Shown: piece by piece, positions 34,577 to 44,274 of the stretch
How the letters are laid out: each line of letters begins with the position of its first letter
Numbering within the stretch: position 1 is the first letter of the stretch
Source: Firmicutes bacterium UBA1422
GTDB taxonomy: Bacteria; Bacillota; Clostridia; Peptostreptococcales; Anaerovoracaceae
DNA length: 64,000 nucleotides
Direction of reading: 5' to 3'
NCBI GenBank assembly: GCA_002304835.1
Contig: DBPK01000007.1
Location: 18,650 to 82,649, forward strand
Notes under the pieces: generated by a model
Told to the model about the DNA's origin: nothing
The model's input: only the letters and a program-made list of their open reading frames with translations
The model's database searches: none
Program-made: the position numbers and the translations under genes

Positions 34577-37141
34577 TTACTCTTCTTTGTTGTCATCGCC
34601 TGTTCCCGCTCCGTCATCAGTCTTCTTTTTCTTGGAAAGCGCCATGATCGCAGTGCATGCTGCAGCCATTATGATCACGAACACCAGAAGGTTCGAGTGA
34701 TCTCCTGTCTGCGGAGAATCGCCCAAAAACAGCGGCTTAGGGTATTTCACACTCTGTCCATAGTCATTTATGTCAGAATGTGTCGTTACCTTTATGCCTT
34801 GGTGATACAGATCCTCAAAGACTACTACAGTCTTTCCTTCAAGCTTGCTGGAATCGAAAGCATATCTCAGTTCTACTGTACCGTTTGCTTTCTCTGCAGT
34901 GAACGTCTTTTCAGCCGTGACTTCTTTTCCGTCCACTTTGAGAGGCTTGCCTGTTTCTTTGTTCATGAGCATGCCTTTGACGGTGTACTCTTTTCCCGGC
35001 ACCAGATTACTGTAGCTTACCGTGTCCACTATGACAGCGGTCTTTTCGACTGTTCCTCTGTGAGTCCCGGTCTTTCCGTCTTTAGCTGTAGTGTGGATCT
35101 GCGGATAGTGTATCGTCTGTCCTTCGTCAGTTATGTCTGCATGCATAGTCACTCTGATCCCTTCGTACCAAAGCTTCTCGAATACTACTACGCTCTTTCC
35201 TTCAAGGCCTTTGGAGTCGAATGTGAAGCTCATGTCCACTGTTCCGCTTTCTGTTTCTGCAGTGAAGGTCTTCTCCGCTGTGACCGTCTTGCCATCCACC
35301 TTGAGCGGCTCCTTTGTCGTTTTATCCATGAGCACGCCTTTTACTGTATAAGTCTTGCCTGCGATGAGATTGCTGTATGACACTGTATCAATTATGGTCA
35401 TTTCATTTCCTATCGCTCCGAGATTATCCTTTGTCTTTTCATCCATTGCCGTCGTCTTGATCTCAGGATAGTGGATAGACTGGCCCTCGTCTGTTATGTC
35501 TGAATGAGTCGTAACATTGACATCGCCCATATACAGGTCCTCGAAGACTACCGTTGTCTTTCCCTTCAGCGCCTTCGAATCGAAGATGAATTTCATGGTG
35601 ACTGTCCCGGACTTTTCCGTTGCTGTGAATGTCTTTTCCGATGTCACTTCTTTTCCGTCTACCTTTATTGCTTCTCCGGTATCCTTGTCCATAAGAACGC
35701 CTTTTACTGTATAAGTCTTTCCGGCTATGAGATTGCTATAGCTTACAGTATCAACTATGACCGTGTCTTCTCCCGTCACTCCCTGGTGATCCTCTGTCTT
35801 GATATCCTTTGCTGTCGTCTTGATCTCTGGGTAGTAAATGGTCTGACCTTCATCAGTCAGATCCGCATGCGATGCGATCTTCAGATTTCCATAGTAGAGC
35901 TCCTCGAATACTACCGTTGTCTTTCCTTTGAGAGCCGATGCGTCAAGGTCGTATTCAAGCGTTACTGTCCCTGCGCTTTTCTCTGCAGTGAATGTCTTTT
36001 CAGATGTCACTGCTTTGCCGTTCACTGTTATGGCTTTTCCTGTGTCCTTATCCATGAGAGTGCCTTTGACAGTGTATTCTCTGCCAGGAGTCAGCTTCTG
36101 GTATGACACGGTATCCGTGAACTTTGAATCCGCATATGTCGTTCCCTGGCTGCTGTCAGTGTGAGAATCCTTTGCTTCAGTCTGAAGTCTGATATCAAGC
36201 GGTCCAAACTTTACTGTGAAGCTTGCTGTATCCGCTTTGTCTACTGCAAAAAACGCCATGTTCTGTGATCCGCTGTCTGTGATTTTGTATGCGGTGTAGT
36301 CCTGCAGGTTCCCTGAAAGAGCCCCTGAGGAATATGTGGTGTTTGCTCTGCTGAAATCGGATGTTTTGAGATAAAATGTCTTTCCGCAGTCTATCTCAAG
36401 GCTTGTTCCTGCACTGTATGTCTTGCCGTCCATGAGGAGGCTCATACCGCTAGGTACTTTATAGTCGACATAGTTGTCTTCATTTCCCTTGAGCGTTATG
36501 TTATCGCTTTTGAACTCTCCGTCATCTGTCCATGTTGTAGATGCAGATGATCCGCTGGTCGATGAAAACGATATGGCGGAATCGAAGCCTGCCGGATCGT
36601 CCAGTGAATTGACATATGCTGCCGCCGCTTTGACCATGCTCTGATAGGACTCGCTTATCTGTCCGCTCACCACTCCACCGGACCATCCAACGAATGCTGT
36701 GCCCTGATCATACTGGTATGAAAGCAGCACATGTGATAGCAGGTAAAAGTTCATGCCTGAAGCATAGCTGCTGTGGCCATGACTTGAGAGCCATGAAGCC
36801 AGTTTCTTCTGACCGGGATATCCATAGCAGTAATACATGGTCTTAGCCACCTTGCTGCTGTCGGACATCGCCGATGCTTTTCTCGATCCTGTGTCCGGAG
36901 GCACTTCGTTCGGCTGCAGGCAGTATGCCTGTCTCGTCTTTCCGTTTACCGTCACTGTGTAGTGATGCGCAAGTCCGGATCCTCCGTAGGTATACGATGC
37001 GCTGCTCTTGTCAAGTTTGACAGATATGGTATCTGCCGCATAGGCATTCTCGATCCCTGTGAGCATTGCGACCGGCATATATGCTACTGTGATCAGCACT
37101 GCCATAAGCGCCGCGAACCATTTTTCCTTTGTGATACTCAT
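34577..37141 (-). CDS. Cell-wall-anchored surface adhesin with four tandem CnaB/'VaFE'-type repeats
   Basis: Signal peptide. Repeats have the pattern YPEIKTTAKD..DTVSYSNL..GKTYTVKG.LMDK.TG..KVDGK.VT.EKTF. C-terminal sorting signal SPQTGD + TM + KKKK. Confidence 0.85.
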   Translation of the reverse strand: MSITKEKWFAALMAVLITVAYMPVAMLTGIENAYAADTISVKLDKSSASYTYGGSGLAHHYTVTVNGKTRQAYCLQPNEVPPDTGSRKASAMSDSSKVAKTMYYCYGYPGQKKLASWLSSHGHSSYASGMNFYLLSHVLLSYQYDQGTAFVGWSGGVVSGQISESYQSMVKAAAAYVNSLDDPAGFDSAISFSSTSGSSASTTWTDDGEFKSDNITLKGNEDNYVDYKVPSGMSLLMDGKTYSAGTSLEIDCGKTFYLKTSDFSRANTTYSSGALSGNLQDYTAYKITDSGSQNMAFFAVDKADTASFTVKFGPLDIRLQTEAKDSHTDSSQGTTYADSKFTDTVSYQKLTPGREYTVKGTLMDKDTGKAITVNGKAVTSEKTFTAEKSAGTVTLEYDLDASALKGKTTVVFEELYYGNLKIASHADLTDEGQTIYYPEIKTTAKDIKTEDHQGVTGEDTVIVDTVSYSNLIAGKTYTVKGVLMDKDTGEAIKVDGKEVTSEKTFTATEKSGTVTMKFIFDSKALKGKTTVVFEDLYMGDVNVTTHSDITDEGQSIHYPEIKTTAMDEKTKDNLGAIGNEMTIIDTVSYSNLIAGKTYTVKGVLMDKTTKEPLKVDGKTVTAEKTFTAETESGTVDMSFTFDSKGLEGKSVVVFEKLWYEGIRVTMHADITDEGQTIHYPQIHTTAKDGKTGTHRGTVEKTAVIVDTVSYSNLVPGKEYTVKGMLMNKETGKPLKVDGKEVTAEKTFTAEKANGTVELRYAFDSSKLEGKTVVVFEDLYHQGIKVTTHSDINDYGQSVKYPKPLFLGDSPQTGDHSNLLVFVIIMAAACTAIMALSKKKKTDDGAGTGDDNKEE
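34751..36193 (-). repeat. Four ~363-bp (121-aa) in-frame tandem repeats within the adhesin gene
   Basis: Repeat boundaries at approximately residues 317, 434, 555, 676 and 797 of the 854-aa protein. The first copy is the most diverged. Confidence 0.8.
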
Positions 37142-37319
37142 TGATTATTCTCCTTCCGGGCACAAAAAAAATAGCGAATGCATTTGATGCATAACGCTTT
37201 CTCTCTGCCCATATATGTTTTTGTTTTTCCGTAAGTTAACTGCTGGTAGTTACATGAAGTAGGGGTGTGGGGAAGAACGGTCTAAGGTACTCCTCATATG
37301 GCCGAATATCTTCGCATCC

Positions 37320-38258
37320 CTATCTCTCGTTATCGCGTTCCTTCCTGCTGAGATACCTGCCGTAGTATTCCATTGCTGCCGCAACGAAGTCCTCCCGCTT
37401 TGAGACCGGAAGATCCTTTGGGAACAGTTCTTTGAACCTGTCTCCTCTGAGGACTATCCTCTCCTTCTGGTTGGGCTTTTCCTCCAGCATTATCGCTTCG
37501 ATCGCTTCAGGCGTGAGTTTGCCTTCCTCAGACATCTTTCTCATCCTTATCGCCTGTGCATGAGTCGGGGTGCATTGCTCCATCTCTATGCTTCCAATAA
37601 GATCTTTCTGCTGTTCCTTTGGAAGATACGACAGTTCTACAGCAGGTCTAAGAGCTATCTGCCCTTCATCGACCAGATCAAGAAGTTCAGGCTTCAGATC
37701 AGTCAGGCGGATATATCGTTGTATCTGCCGACTACTTTCTCCAATCATTGAAGACAATTCTTCCCTTGAGAACTTTTGGCCCACTGGGCCAGAAGTTAAA
37801 TCTGACCTTTGCCCCTGCCTGTTCATCGCTTCAAGCCTCATCTTATATGCGAAGGCTTTCTCGCTCGGAAGAATAGTGGTCCTCTGAAAGTTCGATTCCA
37901 CCATGAATATGGTAGCCTCGTCTCTTGTCATATCCACTACCTCTGAACGAAGCGTCTCAAGGTCCGCAAGTTCGCAAGCTCTCTTCCTTCTGTGGCCTGA
38001 TATTATCTCATATCTGCCGTCTTCTTTTTTTCTGAGAGTAGCAGGAGTGATTATCCCGTTTGCCTTTAGGCTTTCCACGAGATTCATCATGTCCTCGTCA
38101 TCCTTCACCTTGAAGGGATGCTCCGGGAACGAGTCTATCCGATCCAGGGGTATCTCATATATCTTCTTCAGCTTAGCTTCATCTCTTTCCGCCTGCGTTG
38201 AAAAGATATCATCTATCCCCGGAAGACCGAAGTCTATCGGTTCTCGCTTTTTCGCCAT
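37320..38258 (-). CDS. parB: ParB/Spo0J-family partition/nuclease-like protein
   Basis: ParB N-terminal motif IISGHRRKRA. HTH region. Confidence 0.85.
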   Translation of the reverse strand: MAKKREPIDFGLPGIDDIFSTQAERDEAKLKKIYEIPLDRIDSFPEHPFKVKDDEDMMNLVESLKANGIITPATLRKKEDGRYEIISGHRRKRACELADLETLRSEVVDMTRDEATIFMVESNFQRTTILPSEKAFAYKMRLEAMNRQGQRSDLTSGPVGQKFSREELSSMIGESSRQIQRYIRLTDLKPELLDLVDEGQIALRPAVELSYLPKEQQKDLIGSIEMEQCTPTHAQAIRMRKMSEEGKLTPEAIEAIMLEEKPNQKERIVLRGDRFKELFPKDLPVSKREDFVAAAMEYYGRYLSRKERDNER

Positions 38259-39039
38259 CCTTAAGCACCTCCCTTGTCAGCTCCGCGTATGCCGCAGCAG
38301 GTTTACTGTCTGCATCATATGAATATATGCTCTCTCCTCTTCCGCTTGCCTCGGCGGCTTTCACTCCCACTGGGATCTGGGCGCTGTATATCCTTATACC
38401 TGCCCCATAGTTCTTTCTGATAGCCTCGATAGTCTCCTTTGCGAGACTCGTCCTCTGATCTATGAGCGTCATCACTATACCGCCTATCTTCAGATCCGGA
38501 TTGAGCTGTCTCTGCACCTTCGCTACGTTGTACAAAAGCTGCGTCATGCCCTTTGCCGGAAGATACTGTGCCTGCACCGGTATGATGACCTTGTCCGCTG
38601 CTGTAAGCGCATTGATGGTCAGCATCCCAAGAGACGGCATGCAATCGATCACGACATAGTCATAACCGCTTTTCACCTGTCTCAGGTAGTTCTTCAGCAC
38701 GTTCTCTCTGCTCATGACATTCACAAGACTCAGCTCGAACTGCGACAGCTCGATATTCGACGGAAGCACGTCCATTCCTTCATTGTGATGGAGTATCCCT
38801 TCCTTTGGATCGAACGGTTCATCGTTCCTCACTTTGCTCAGTACCGACACTATGGTCTCATCCAGTGCATCGGTGTTCTTCCATCCAAGGCATGCGCTAA
38901 GGTCTGCCTGTGGATCTGCATCGATAAGCAGTACCTTCTTACCGCTCATTGCGAGTCCTGCTCCAAGGTTCACGGCTGTGGTCGTCTTTCCGACGCCGCC
39001 CTTCTGATTACATATAGCTATAACTTCTACTTGTTTCAT
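38209..39039 (-). CDS. parA: ParA/Soj-family ATPase
   Basis: Deviant Walker A NQKGGVGKTTT. VVIDCMPSLG. Confidence 0.9.
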   Translation of the reverse strand: MKQVEVIAICNQKGGVGKTTTAVNLGAGLAMSGKKVLLIDADPQADLSACLGWKNTDALDETIVSVLSKVRNDEPFDPKEGILHHNEGMDVLPSNIELSQFELSLVNVMSRENVLKNYLRQVKSGYDYVVIDCMPSLGMLTINALTAADKVIIPVQAQYLPAKGMTQLLYNVAKVQRQLNPDLKIGGIVMTLIDQRTSLAKETIEAIRKNYGAGIRIYSAQIPVGVKAAEASGRGESIYSYDADSKPAAAYAELTREVLKDGEKARTDRLRSSGDR

Positions 39040-39129
39040 CTGGTTCTCCTCCCTTCAATTTGATCATCGCGACACGCTTCGCTTTTGAACACGCCGGATG
39101 TATGCCTGCCTGTCGGCAGACTGAATGGA

Positions 39130-39588
39130 TCATGACGGCAGCTGATCTCCTTTCGCCGCTCTTGCTTTCTCGGCCCTCGCTGCTTCTCTTAGATCTATCT
39201 CTGTGAGATAGATATCCACTTCATCTGAATCAAGAAATATCTCCATGAAATCGTCGAAAGCGTCACTTTCTACCTCGCCGCATACCCTGACCAGATCCAT
39301 CTCTGTCACGATGTCTCTGCACCCTGCAGCAAAGAAAACATCTCTCAGCATATCGAATGCCGTCTCTGCACCTCCTTCAAAGCACAGGCTGTCTAGCATC
39401 CCTACATATGCAAGACCTTTCTCATGCTCTATGCATCCGCGATCGATACACATCTCCAGGTTATCTGCTGCTTCCTGAGCTGCCTGAAGGAGTACCGGGC
39501 AGTAAGCCTTTTCCCCTAGTTCCTGTTCCATCATTTCTCTTGTCAGACCTTCCACTATGATCTTCATCGTATTCTCCGTAGTATTCAT
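39130..39588 (-). CDS. Acidic hypothetical protein (152 aa)
   Basis: Start set at MNTTENT. Strongly D/E-rich (ESDAFDDFMEIFLDSDEVDIYLTEIDL). No recognised motif. Confidence 0.5.
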   Translation of the reverse strand: MNTTENTMKIIVEGLTREMMEQELGEKAYCPVLLQAAQEAADNLEMCIDRGCIEHEKGLAYVGMLDSLCFEGGAETAFDMLRDVFFAAGCRDIVTEMDLVRVCGEVESDAFDDFMEIFLDSDEVDIYLTEIDLREAARAEKARAAKGDQLPS

Positions 39589-39703
39589 ATTCTTTTCCTT
39601 TCCCCGGTTATGCCGGTCCAAAAATTACTAAAGCTCTGCATGTTTCAGCAGAGCAATGTAATATGCCTTAGGCATCATTATTCAGGAAAGGATCTAAATT
39701 TCT

Positions 39704-39850
39704 CTATCCAAACAGCTTCAGGATAAGATCATCCACGGCATCAGTATATCTTCCCTCTTTTATGAGGTTGTTTCTGAGTTCTACCAGGCTGAAAAGTATG
39801 AGCTGGCTCTCATCGTCTGTTACATTCATCTTTATCTTCTTATCAAACAT
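39704..39850 (-). CDS. Small protein (48 aa), paralog of 25747-25947
   Basis: Not in the ORF track (<60 aa). RBS GCAGGAGGTGG then ATG. MFDKKIKMNVTDDESQLILFSLVELRNNLIKEGRYTDAVDDLILKLFG. Confidence 0.5.
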   Translation of the reverse strand: MFDKKIKMNVTDDESQLILFSLVELRNNLIKEGRYTDAVDDLILKLFG

Positions 39851-39988
39851 AATATCCACCTCCTGCTTTATTCTATATGGAGTATCTTTTACTAGATTTT
39901 ACTAACAGAAATATCAAGTTGCAATTATACGATTTCTCATGCCATCTTTGACTTTGAGTACATTTGGCATCACAATAACAATGCGATA

Positions 39989-40032
39989 TAAAAAAGCAGT
40001 GCTCGCGTTGAAATATCAACGGTCACACTGCT
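39989..40032 (-). terminator. Rho-independent terminator of guaA
   Basis: AGCAGTG..(inner GTTGA/TCAAC)..CACTGCT stem at 39996-40032, followed on the minus strand by TTTTTT (39989-39995). Confidence 0.65.
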
Positions 40033-40139
40033 ATGTGGATCTATGAATTATTAGTATCATTATAGTATCACGGCATTTCATCGAATCGCTACAAGCTAGT
40101 GATTTCAACGGCCTTACCGGATATGAAAACCTCGCTCGT

Positions 40140-41690
40140 CTATTCGAATTCTATCGTTCCCGGTGGCTTATTCGTGCAGTCGTAAAAGACTCTGTTAACA
40201 TGGGGGACTTCGTTGACTATCCTGGTGGTGACTTTTTCGATGAGATCCCAGGGAAGCTTGGCAGCTTCCGCCGTCATGAAGTCCGATGTCTCCACTGCCC
40301 TCAGGGCTATGGCATGGTCATATGTGCGAAAATCTCCCATTACTCCCACGGAGCGCACGTTGGTCAGGGCGGCAAAATACTGTCCCAGGGTGGGAGCCAG
40401 CTTACCTCCATCGTATGCTGCCACTTCTTCTCTGTATATGGCATCCGCCTCCTGGACGATCTCGACCTTTTCTTCGGTTATATCCCCTATTATCCTTATT
40501 CCCAGACCCGGTCCGGGGAAGGGCTGACGCATTACCAGATGCTTCGGGATGCCCAGTTCCATGCCTGCTTTTCGAACTTCATCTTTAAAAAGCATTTTTA
40601 GGGGCTCTATTATGTCCTTGAAATCCACATGTTCAGGCAGTCCGCCCACGTTGTGATGGGATTTGATGGTGGCGGAGTCTCCCGGGCCGCTTTCTATTAT
40701 ATCCGGGTATATGGTCCCCTGTACCAGAAAGTCCACTTTACCTATTTTTTTTGCTTCGGTTTCGAAAACTCTTATGAACTCTTCTCCTATTATTTTTCTC
40801 TTTTTCTCGGGGTCCGTGACTCCGGCCAGTTTATCATAAAATCTCTGCTGAGCATTTACTCTTATGAAGTCAAGGTCGTAATGGCCGCCTTTGCCAAAAA
40901 CTGCCTCCACTTCATCTGCTTCGTTTTTTCTCAGGAGTCCGTGATCCACAAATACGCAGGTGAGTTGTTTGCCCACTGCCTTCGAAAGGATGACTGCGGA
41001 AACCGATGAATCCACTCCGCCGGAAAGGGCGCAAAGAACTTTGCCGCTACCCACCTTTTCCCTGACGGTTTCTATGGCATTTTCCACGAAGGATCCCATA
41101 TGCCAGTCGCCGCTGCATCCGCATACATCTTTTACAAAACTTCTAAGGATCTTGATGCCTTCCTTAGTGTGCATCACCTCCGGATGGAACTGAGTCGCAT
41201 AGAATCCCCTTGAAACATCTTCCATGGCAGCCACGGGACATATGGGCGTTTCTGCGGTCACTTTGAAACCCTTAGGTGCTTTTTTTATGTAGTCCGTATG
41301 GCTCATCCATGCTATGGTTTTTTCCGGTACTTGGGCAAAAAGTCTGCCGTTTTTGTTTATATCCACCTCTGTGCGTCCGTACTCGCTGGCGGGAGCTTTT
41401 GCCACTTCTCCTCCCAGTCCGTGGGCCAGCACCTGGGCTCCGTAGCATATGCCCAGTATGGGTATCCCAAGCTCGAATATGTCTTTGTCATATTCAAGGG
41501 CCCCCGGGCCGTATGCACTGTTGGGCCCTCCCGTAAGGATCATGCCCTTGGGAGCTTTTTTTTGTATTTCCTCTGCTGATAATGTATAGGGAAGAACTTC
41601 CGCATATACATTAAGGTCTCTGACACGGCGTGCTATCAGCTGATTGTACTGTCCACCGAAATCCAGGACCAGTATGGTCTCGTGCTGCAT
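40140..41690 (-). CDS. guaA: GMP synthase (glutamine-hydrolysing)
   Basis: GATase [12 protein letters not shown]-PPase SGGVDSS. C-terminal PPGTIEFE. Confidence 0.95.
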   Translation of the reverse strand: MQHETILVLDFGGQYNQLIARRVRDLNVYAEVLPYTLSAEEIQKKAPKGMILTGGPNSAYGPGALEYDKDIFELGIPILGICYGAQVLAHGLGGEVAKAPASEYGRTEVDINKNGRLFAQVPEKTIAWMSHTDYIKKAPKGFKVTAETPICPVAAMEDVSRGFYATQFHPEVMHTKEGIKILRSFVKDVCGCSGDWHMGSFVENAIETVREKVGSGKVLCALSGGVDSSVSAVILSKAVGKQLTCVFVDHGLLRKNEADEVEAVFGKGGHYDLDFIRVNAQQRFYDKLAGVTDPEKKRKIIGEEFIRVFETEAKKIGKVDFLVQGTIYPDIIESGPGDSATIKSHHNVGGLPEHVDFKDIIEPLKMLFKDEVRKAGMELGIPKHLVMRQPFPGPGLGIRIIGDITEEKVEIVQEADAIYREEVAAYDGGKLAPTLGQYFAALTNVRSVGVMGDFRTYDHAIALRAVETSDFMTAEAAKLPWDLIEKVTTRIVNEVPHVNRVFYDCTNKPPGTIEFE

Positions 41691-41737
41691 CTTTTTCTCC
41701 TGTTCTATTCTATCTGTTTCTTTTTTCTGCTTCTGTT

Positions 41738-43246
41738 TTATCTGTTTGATGTATTGGCTGTTTCCTTTGGTATGACATCATGAGCTCCGCCTTCAACTAT
41801 GCTGGTGGCGGAAACCAGAGTCAGCTTGGCATTTTTCTGCAGATCGGGTATATTTATCACACCACAGTTGCACATGGTTGATTTCACCTTTTGCAGAGAC
41901 TGTCTTACATTGTCCGAAAGACCTCCCGCATAGGGCACATATGAATCCACTCCCTCTTCAAAGGAAAGCTTGCCTTCTCCTCCCATATCGTAGCGCTGCC
42001 AGTTCCTGGCCCTTGCAGAGCCCTCTCCCCAGTATTCCTTCACATAATTGCCGTTTACATTAAGTTTGGCTCCGGGAGATTCATCGAATCTGGCGAAGTA
42101 TCTGCCCAACATCAGAAAATCCGCTCCCATGGCCAAAGCCAGGGTCATGTGATAGTCATATACTATCCCTCCGTCGGAGCATATGGGCACATATATACCT
42201 GTTTCTTCGTAATATTTGTTTCTTGCTTCTGCCACATCCATAACAGAACTGGCCTGTCCCCGGCCAATACCTTTTTGTTCTCTGGTGATACAGATGGAAC
42301 CGCCTCCGATGCCCACTTTAATAAAGTCGGCTCCCGCCTCTGCCAGAAAACGAAACCCTTCGCTGTCAACCACATTGCCGGCTCCTATTTTCACATCTTC
42401 TCCGTATTTCTTTCTCACGAAACCGATGGTTTCTTCCTGCCACTGGCTGTGACCCTCCGAAGAATCGATGCAGAGCACATCCGCCCCGGCATCTACAAGA
42501 GCGGGGATCCTCTCTTCATGATCCCTTGTATTTATTCCTGCTCCCACCACATATCTTTTGTCGTCATCCAGTATCTCATTTGGATGAGCCTTATGAGAGT
42601 CGTAATCCTTGCGGAAAACAAAATGAGTGAGTCTGCGGTTTTCATCTATTATGGGCAAAGCATTGAGCTTATGATCCCAAAGTATATCATTGGCCTCAGA
42701 AAGACTTACTCCTTCTTTGGCATATACCAGTTTGTCAAAGGGAGTCATGAATTCCGATACCTTTGTTTCGGGATCCATCCTGCTTACCCTGTAGTCGCGG
42801 CTTGTGACTATGCCCACCAGCCGGCCTTCGGAGGTGCCGTCTTCTGTGACTGCCGTAGTTGAATGTCCCGTGCGTTCCTTCAGTTCAACCACATCTTTCA
42901 TGGTCTGATCAGGTCTTATATTAGTGTTGCTCTTTACAAAGCCCGCTTTATGTCTTTTGACTCTTTTTATCATTCCGGCCTGCTCTTCAATGGGCTGGGA
43001 AGCGTATATAAAAGAGATCCCGCCTTCTTTGGCAAGAGCTATAGCCATATTGTCATCAGACACAGACTGCATTATTGCCGATGCCAGTGGGATCTTCATT
43101 TGAATTTTTGGGTCTTCTCCCTTTTTATATTTGGTCACCGCTGCCTTAAGGTCCACATTTTCCGGGTTGCATTCCTTTCCGGAGTATCCTGGCACCAGCA
43201 GATATTCGTTGAATGTCCTTGATGGTTCTCTGAAACAGTTTGACAT
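41738..43246 (-). CDS. guaB: IMP dehydrogenase
   Basis: Catalytic loop [16 protein letters not shown] pair region. Confidence 0.9.
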   Translation of the reverse strand: MSNCFREPSRTFNEYLLVPGYSGKECNPENVDLKAAVTKYKKGEDPKIQMKIPLASAIMQSVSDDNMAIALAKEGGISFIYASQPIEEQAGMIKRVKRHKAGFVKSNTNIRPDQTMKDVVELKERTGHSTTAVTEDGTSEGRLVGIVTSRDYRVSRMDPETKVSEFMTPFDKLVYAKEGVSLSEANDILWDHKLNALPIIDENRRLTHFVFRKDYDSHKAHPNEILDDDKRYVVGAGINTRDHEERIPALVDAGADVLCIDSSEGHSQWQEETIGFVRKKYGEDVKIGAGNVVDSEGFRFLAEAGADFIKVGIGGGSICITREQKGIGRGQASSVMDVAEARNKYYEETGIYVPICSDGGIVYDYHMTLALAMGADFLMLGRYFARFDESPGAKLNVNGNYVKEYWGEGSARARNWQRYDMGGEGKLSFEEGVDSYVPYAGGLSDNVRQSLQKVKSTMCNCGVINIPDLQKNAKLTLVSATSIVEGGAHDVIPKETANTSNR

Positions 43247-43313
43247 ATCTTCCTCCTGTTTTGTTCTTGGATATTTTGATTTATTCTATAACAAAAATAG
43301 TGTTTTTTCAATT

Positions 43314-44237
43314 TCAGTCCGCTTTTATCTCGTCGATATTGTAGGGAGTTTCCTGATATACGTAATAGTTGAGCCAATTGCTGAAAAGAAGGTTCGCATG
43401 GCTCCTCCACCTGAACATGGGCTCTTTTTCGGGGTCGTTTTCTTTGAAGTAGTTTTTGGGAACGCTTATTTCAAGTCCCTTGCTGCGGTCTCTGAAATAT
43501 TCTGATGCAAGAGTCTCTTTGTCATATTCCTGATGTCCCATCACAAATATCTGCCTTCCGTTTTCTGTGGAAAGTATATGGGGCCCGGCTTCTTGGGATT
43601 CTGCCAGTATACGAAGCTCAGGATGTTTTAGGATATCGCTTTTGTGCACTTCCGTATGGCGTGAATGGGGTGAATAAAAAATTTCATCAAATCCCCTCAT
43701 AAGGGGGTTTAACGGTCTTACCACTCTGGTCTCAAAAATACCGAACATTTTTTTGTCCATCTGGTACTTGTTTATGCCGTAATGATAATAAAGGGCTGCC
43801 TGGGCTCCCCAGCAAAGAAACATGCTGCTGTAAACGTTTTCTTTTGCATATGCAAGTATCCCGGTGAGTTCCTTCCAGTAATCCACCTCTTCAAAGGCTA
43901 TCTGTTCCACCGGGGCTCCTGTAAGTATCATCCCGTCGAAACGCTCGCTTTCCACCTCATCAATGGTCTTATAAAAATCCCTCATATGGCTTTGTGAAAC
44001 GTTTTTTGATTCATGGCTGTCCATTGCCAGAAGGGTAAGCTCCACCTGCAGGGGCGAATTGCCCAGCACTCTGGCCAGCTGGGTCTCTGTGGCTATTTTG
44101 GTGGGCATAAGATTGACAATGACGATCTTGAGAGGACGTATGTCCTGAGTCACGGCCCTGGCTTTATTCATTATGAATATATTTTCTTTTTGAAGTATCT
44201 CTGCCGCTGGCAGATCGTTTGGTATTATTACCGGCAT
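43314..44237 (-). CDS. metA: Homoserine O-acyltransferase (MetA family)
   Basis: [21 protein letters not shown]..; 307 aa. Confidence 0.9.
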   Translation of the reverse strand: MPVIIPNDLPAAEILQKENIFIMNKARAVTQDIRPLKIVIVNLMPTKIATETQLARVLGNSPLQVELTLLAMDSHESKNVSQSHMRDFYKTIDEVESERFDGMILTGAPVEQIAFEEVDYWKELTGILAYAKENVYSSMFLCWGAQAALYYHYGINKYQMDKKMFGIFETRVVRPLNPLMRGFDEIFYSPHSRHTEVHKSDILKHPELRILAESQEAGPHILSTENGRQIFVMGHQEYDKETLASEYFRDRSKGLEISVPKNYFKENDPEKEPMFRWRSHANLLFSNWLNYYVYQETPYNIDEIKAD

Positions 44238-44274
44238 TTCCTTTGATCTCCTTGTAACTGTCCCCTAAAAGTCC

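Larger units (their letters stand above)
82..39850 (-). mobile_element. Integrative conjugative element, Tn1549 / C. difficile CTn2-CTn4-like backbone. Left end is at or beyond the window start; right end lies between 39851 and 39988.
   Basis: Co-linear minus-strand set: integrase, Xis-like, hydrolase, VirB4, PrgI, VirB6-like, Maff2, VirD4-like, PcfB, relaxase, MobC, Toprim/DUF3991, RadC, adhesin, ParB, ParA. Core genes with the guaA terminator start at 39989. No att repeats could be verified. Confidence 0.8.

Noticed and set aside
34751-36193. Possible CRISPR-like or other non-coding repeat array (also considered for 60385-60500)
   Set aside because: Both repeat sets lie in frame inside long ORFs (adhesin domains; KEKE tail). 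They have no spacer-repeat periodicity of 28-37 bp and no cas genes nearby.
36880-36930. Thioester (TED) adhesin domain call based on AYCLQP
   Set aside because: No matching TQxA(I/V)W-type glutamine motif was found downstream, so the thioester assignment is not supported from sequence alone.
40140-40160. guaA 3' end as the ICE attachment site
   Set aside because: guaA appears full length, ending in the conserved C-terminal GTIEFE residues. It keeps its own terminator at 39989-40032, so the junction is further downstream.
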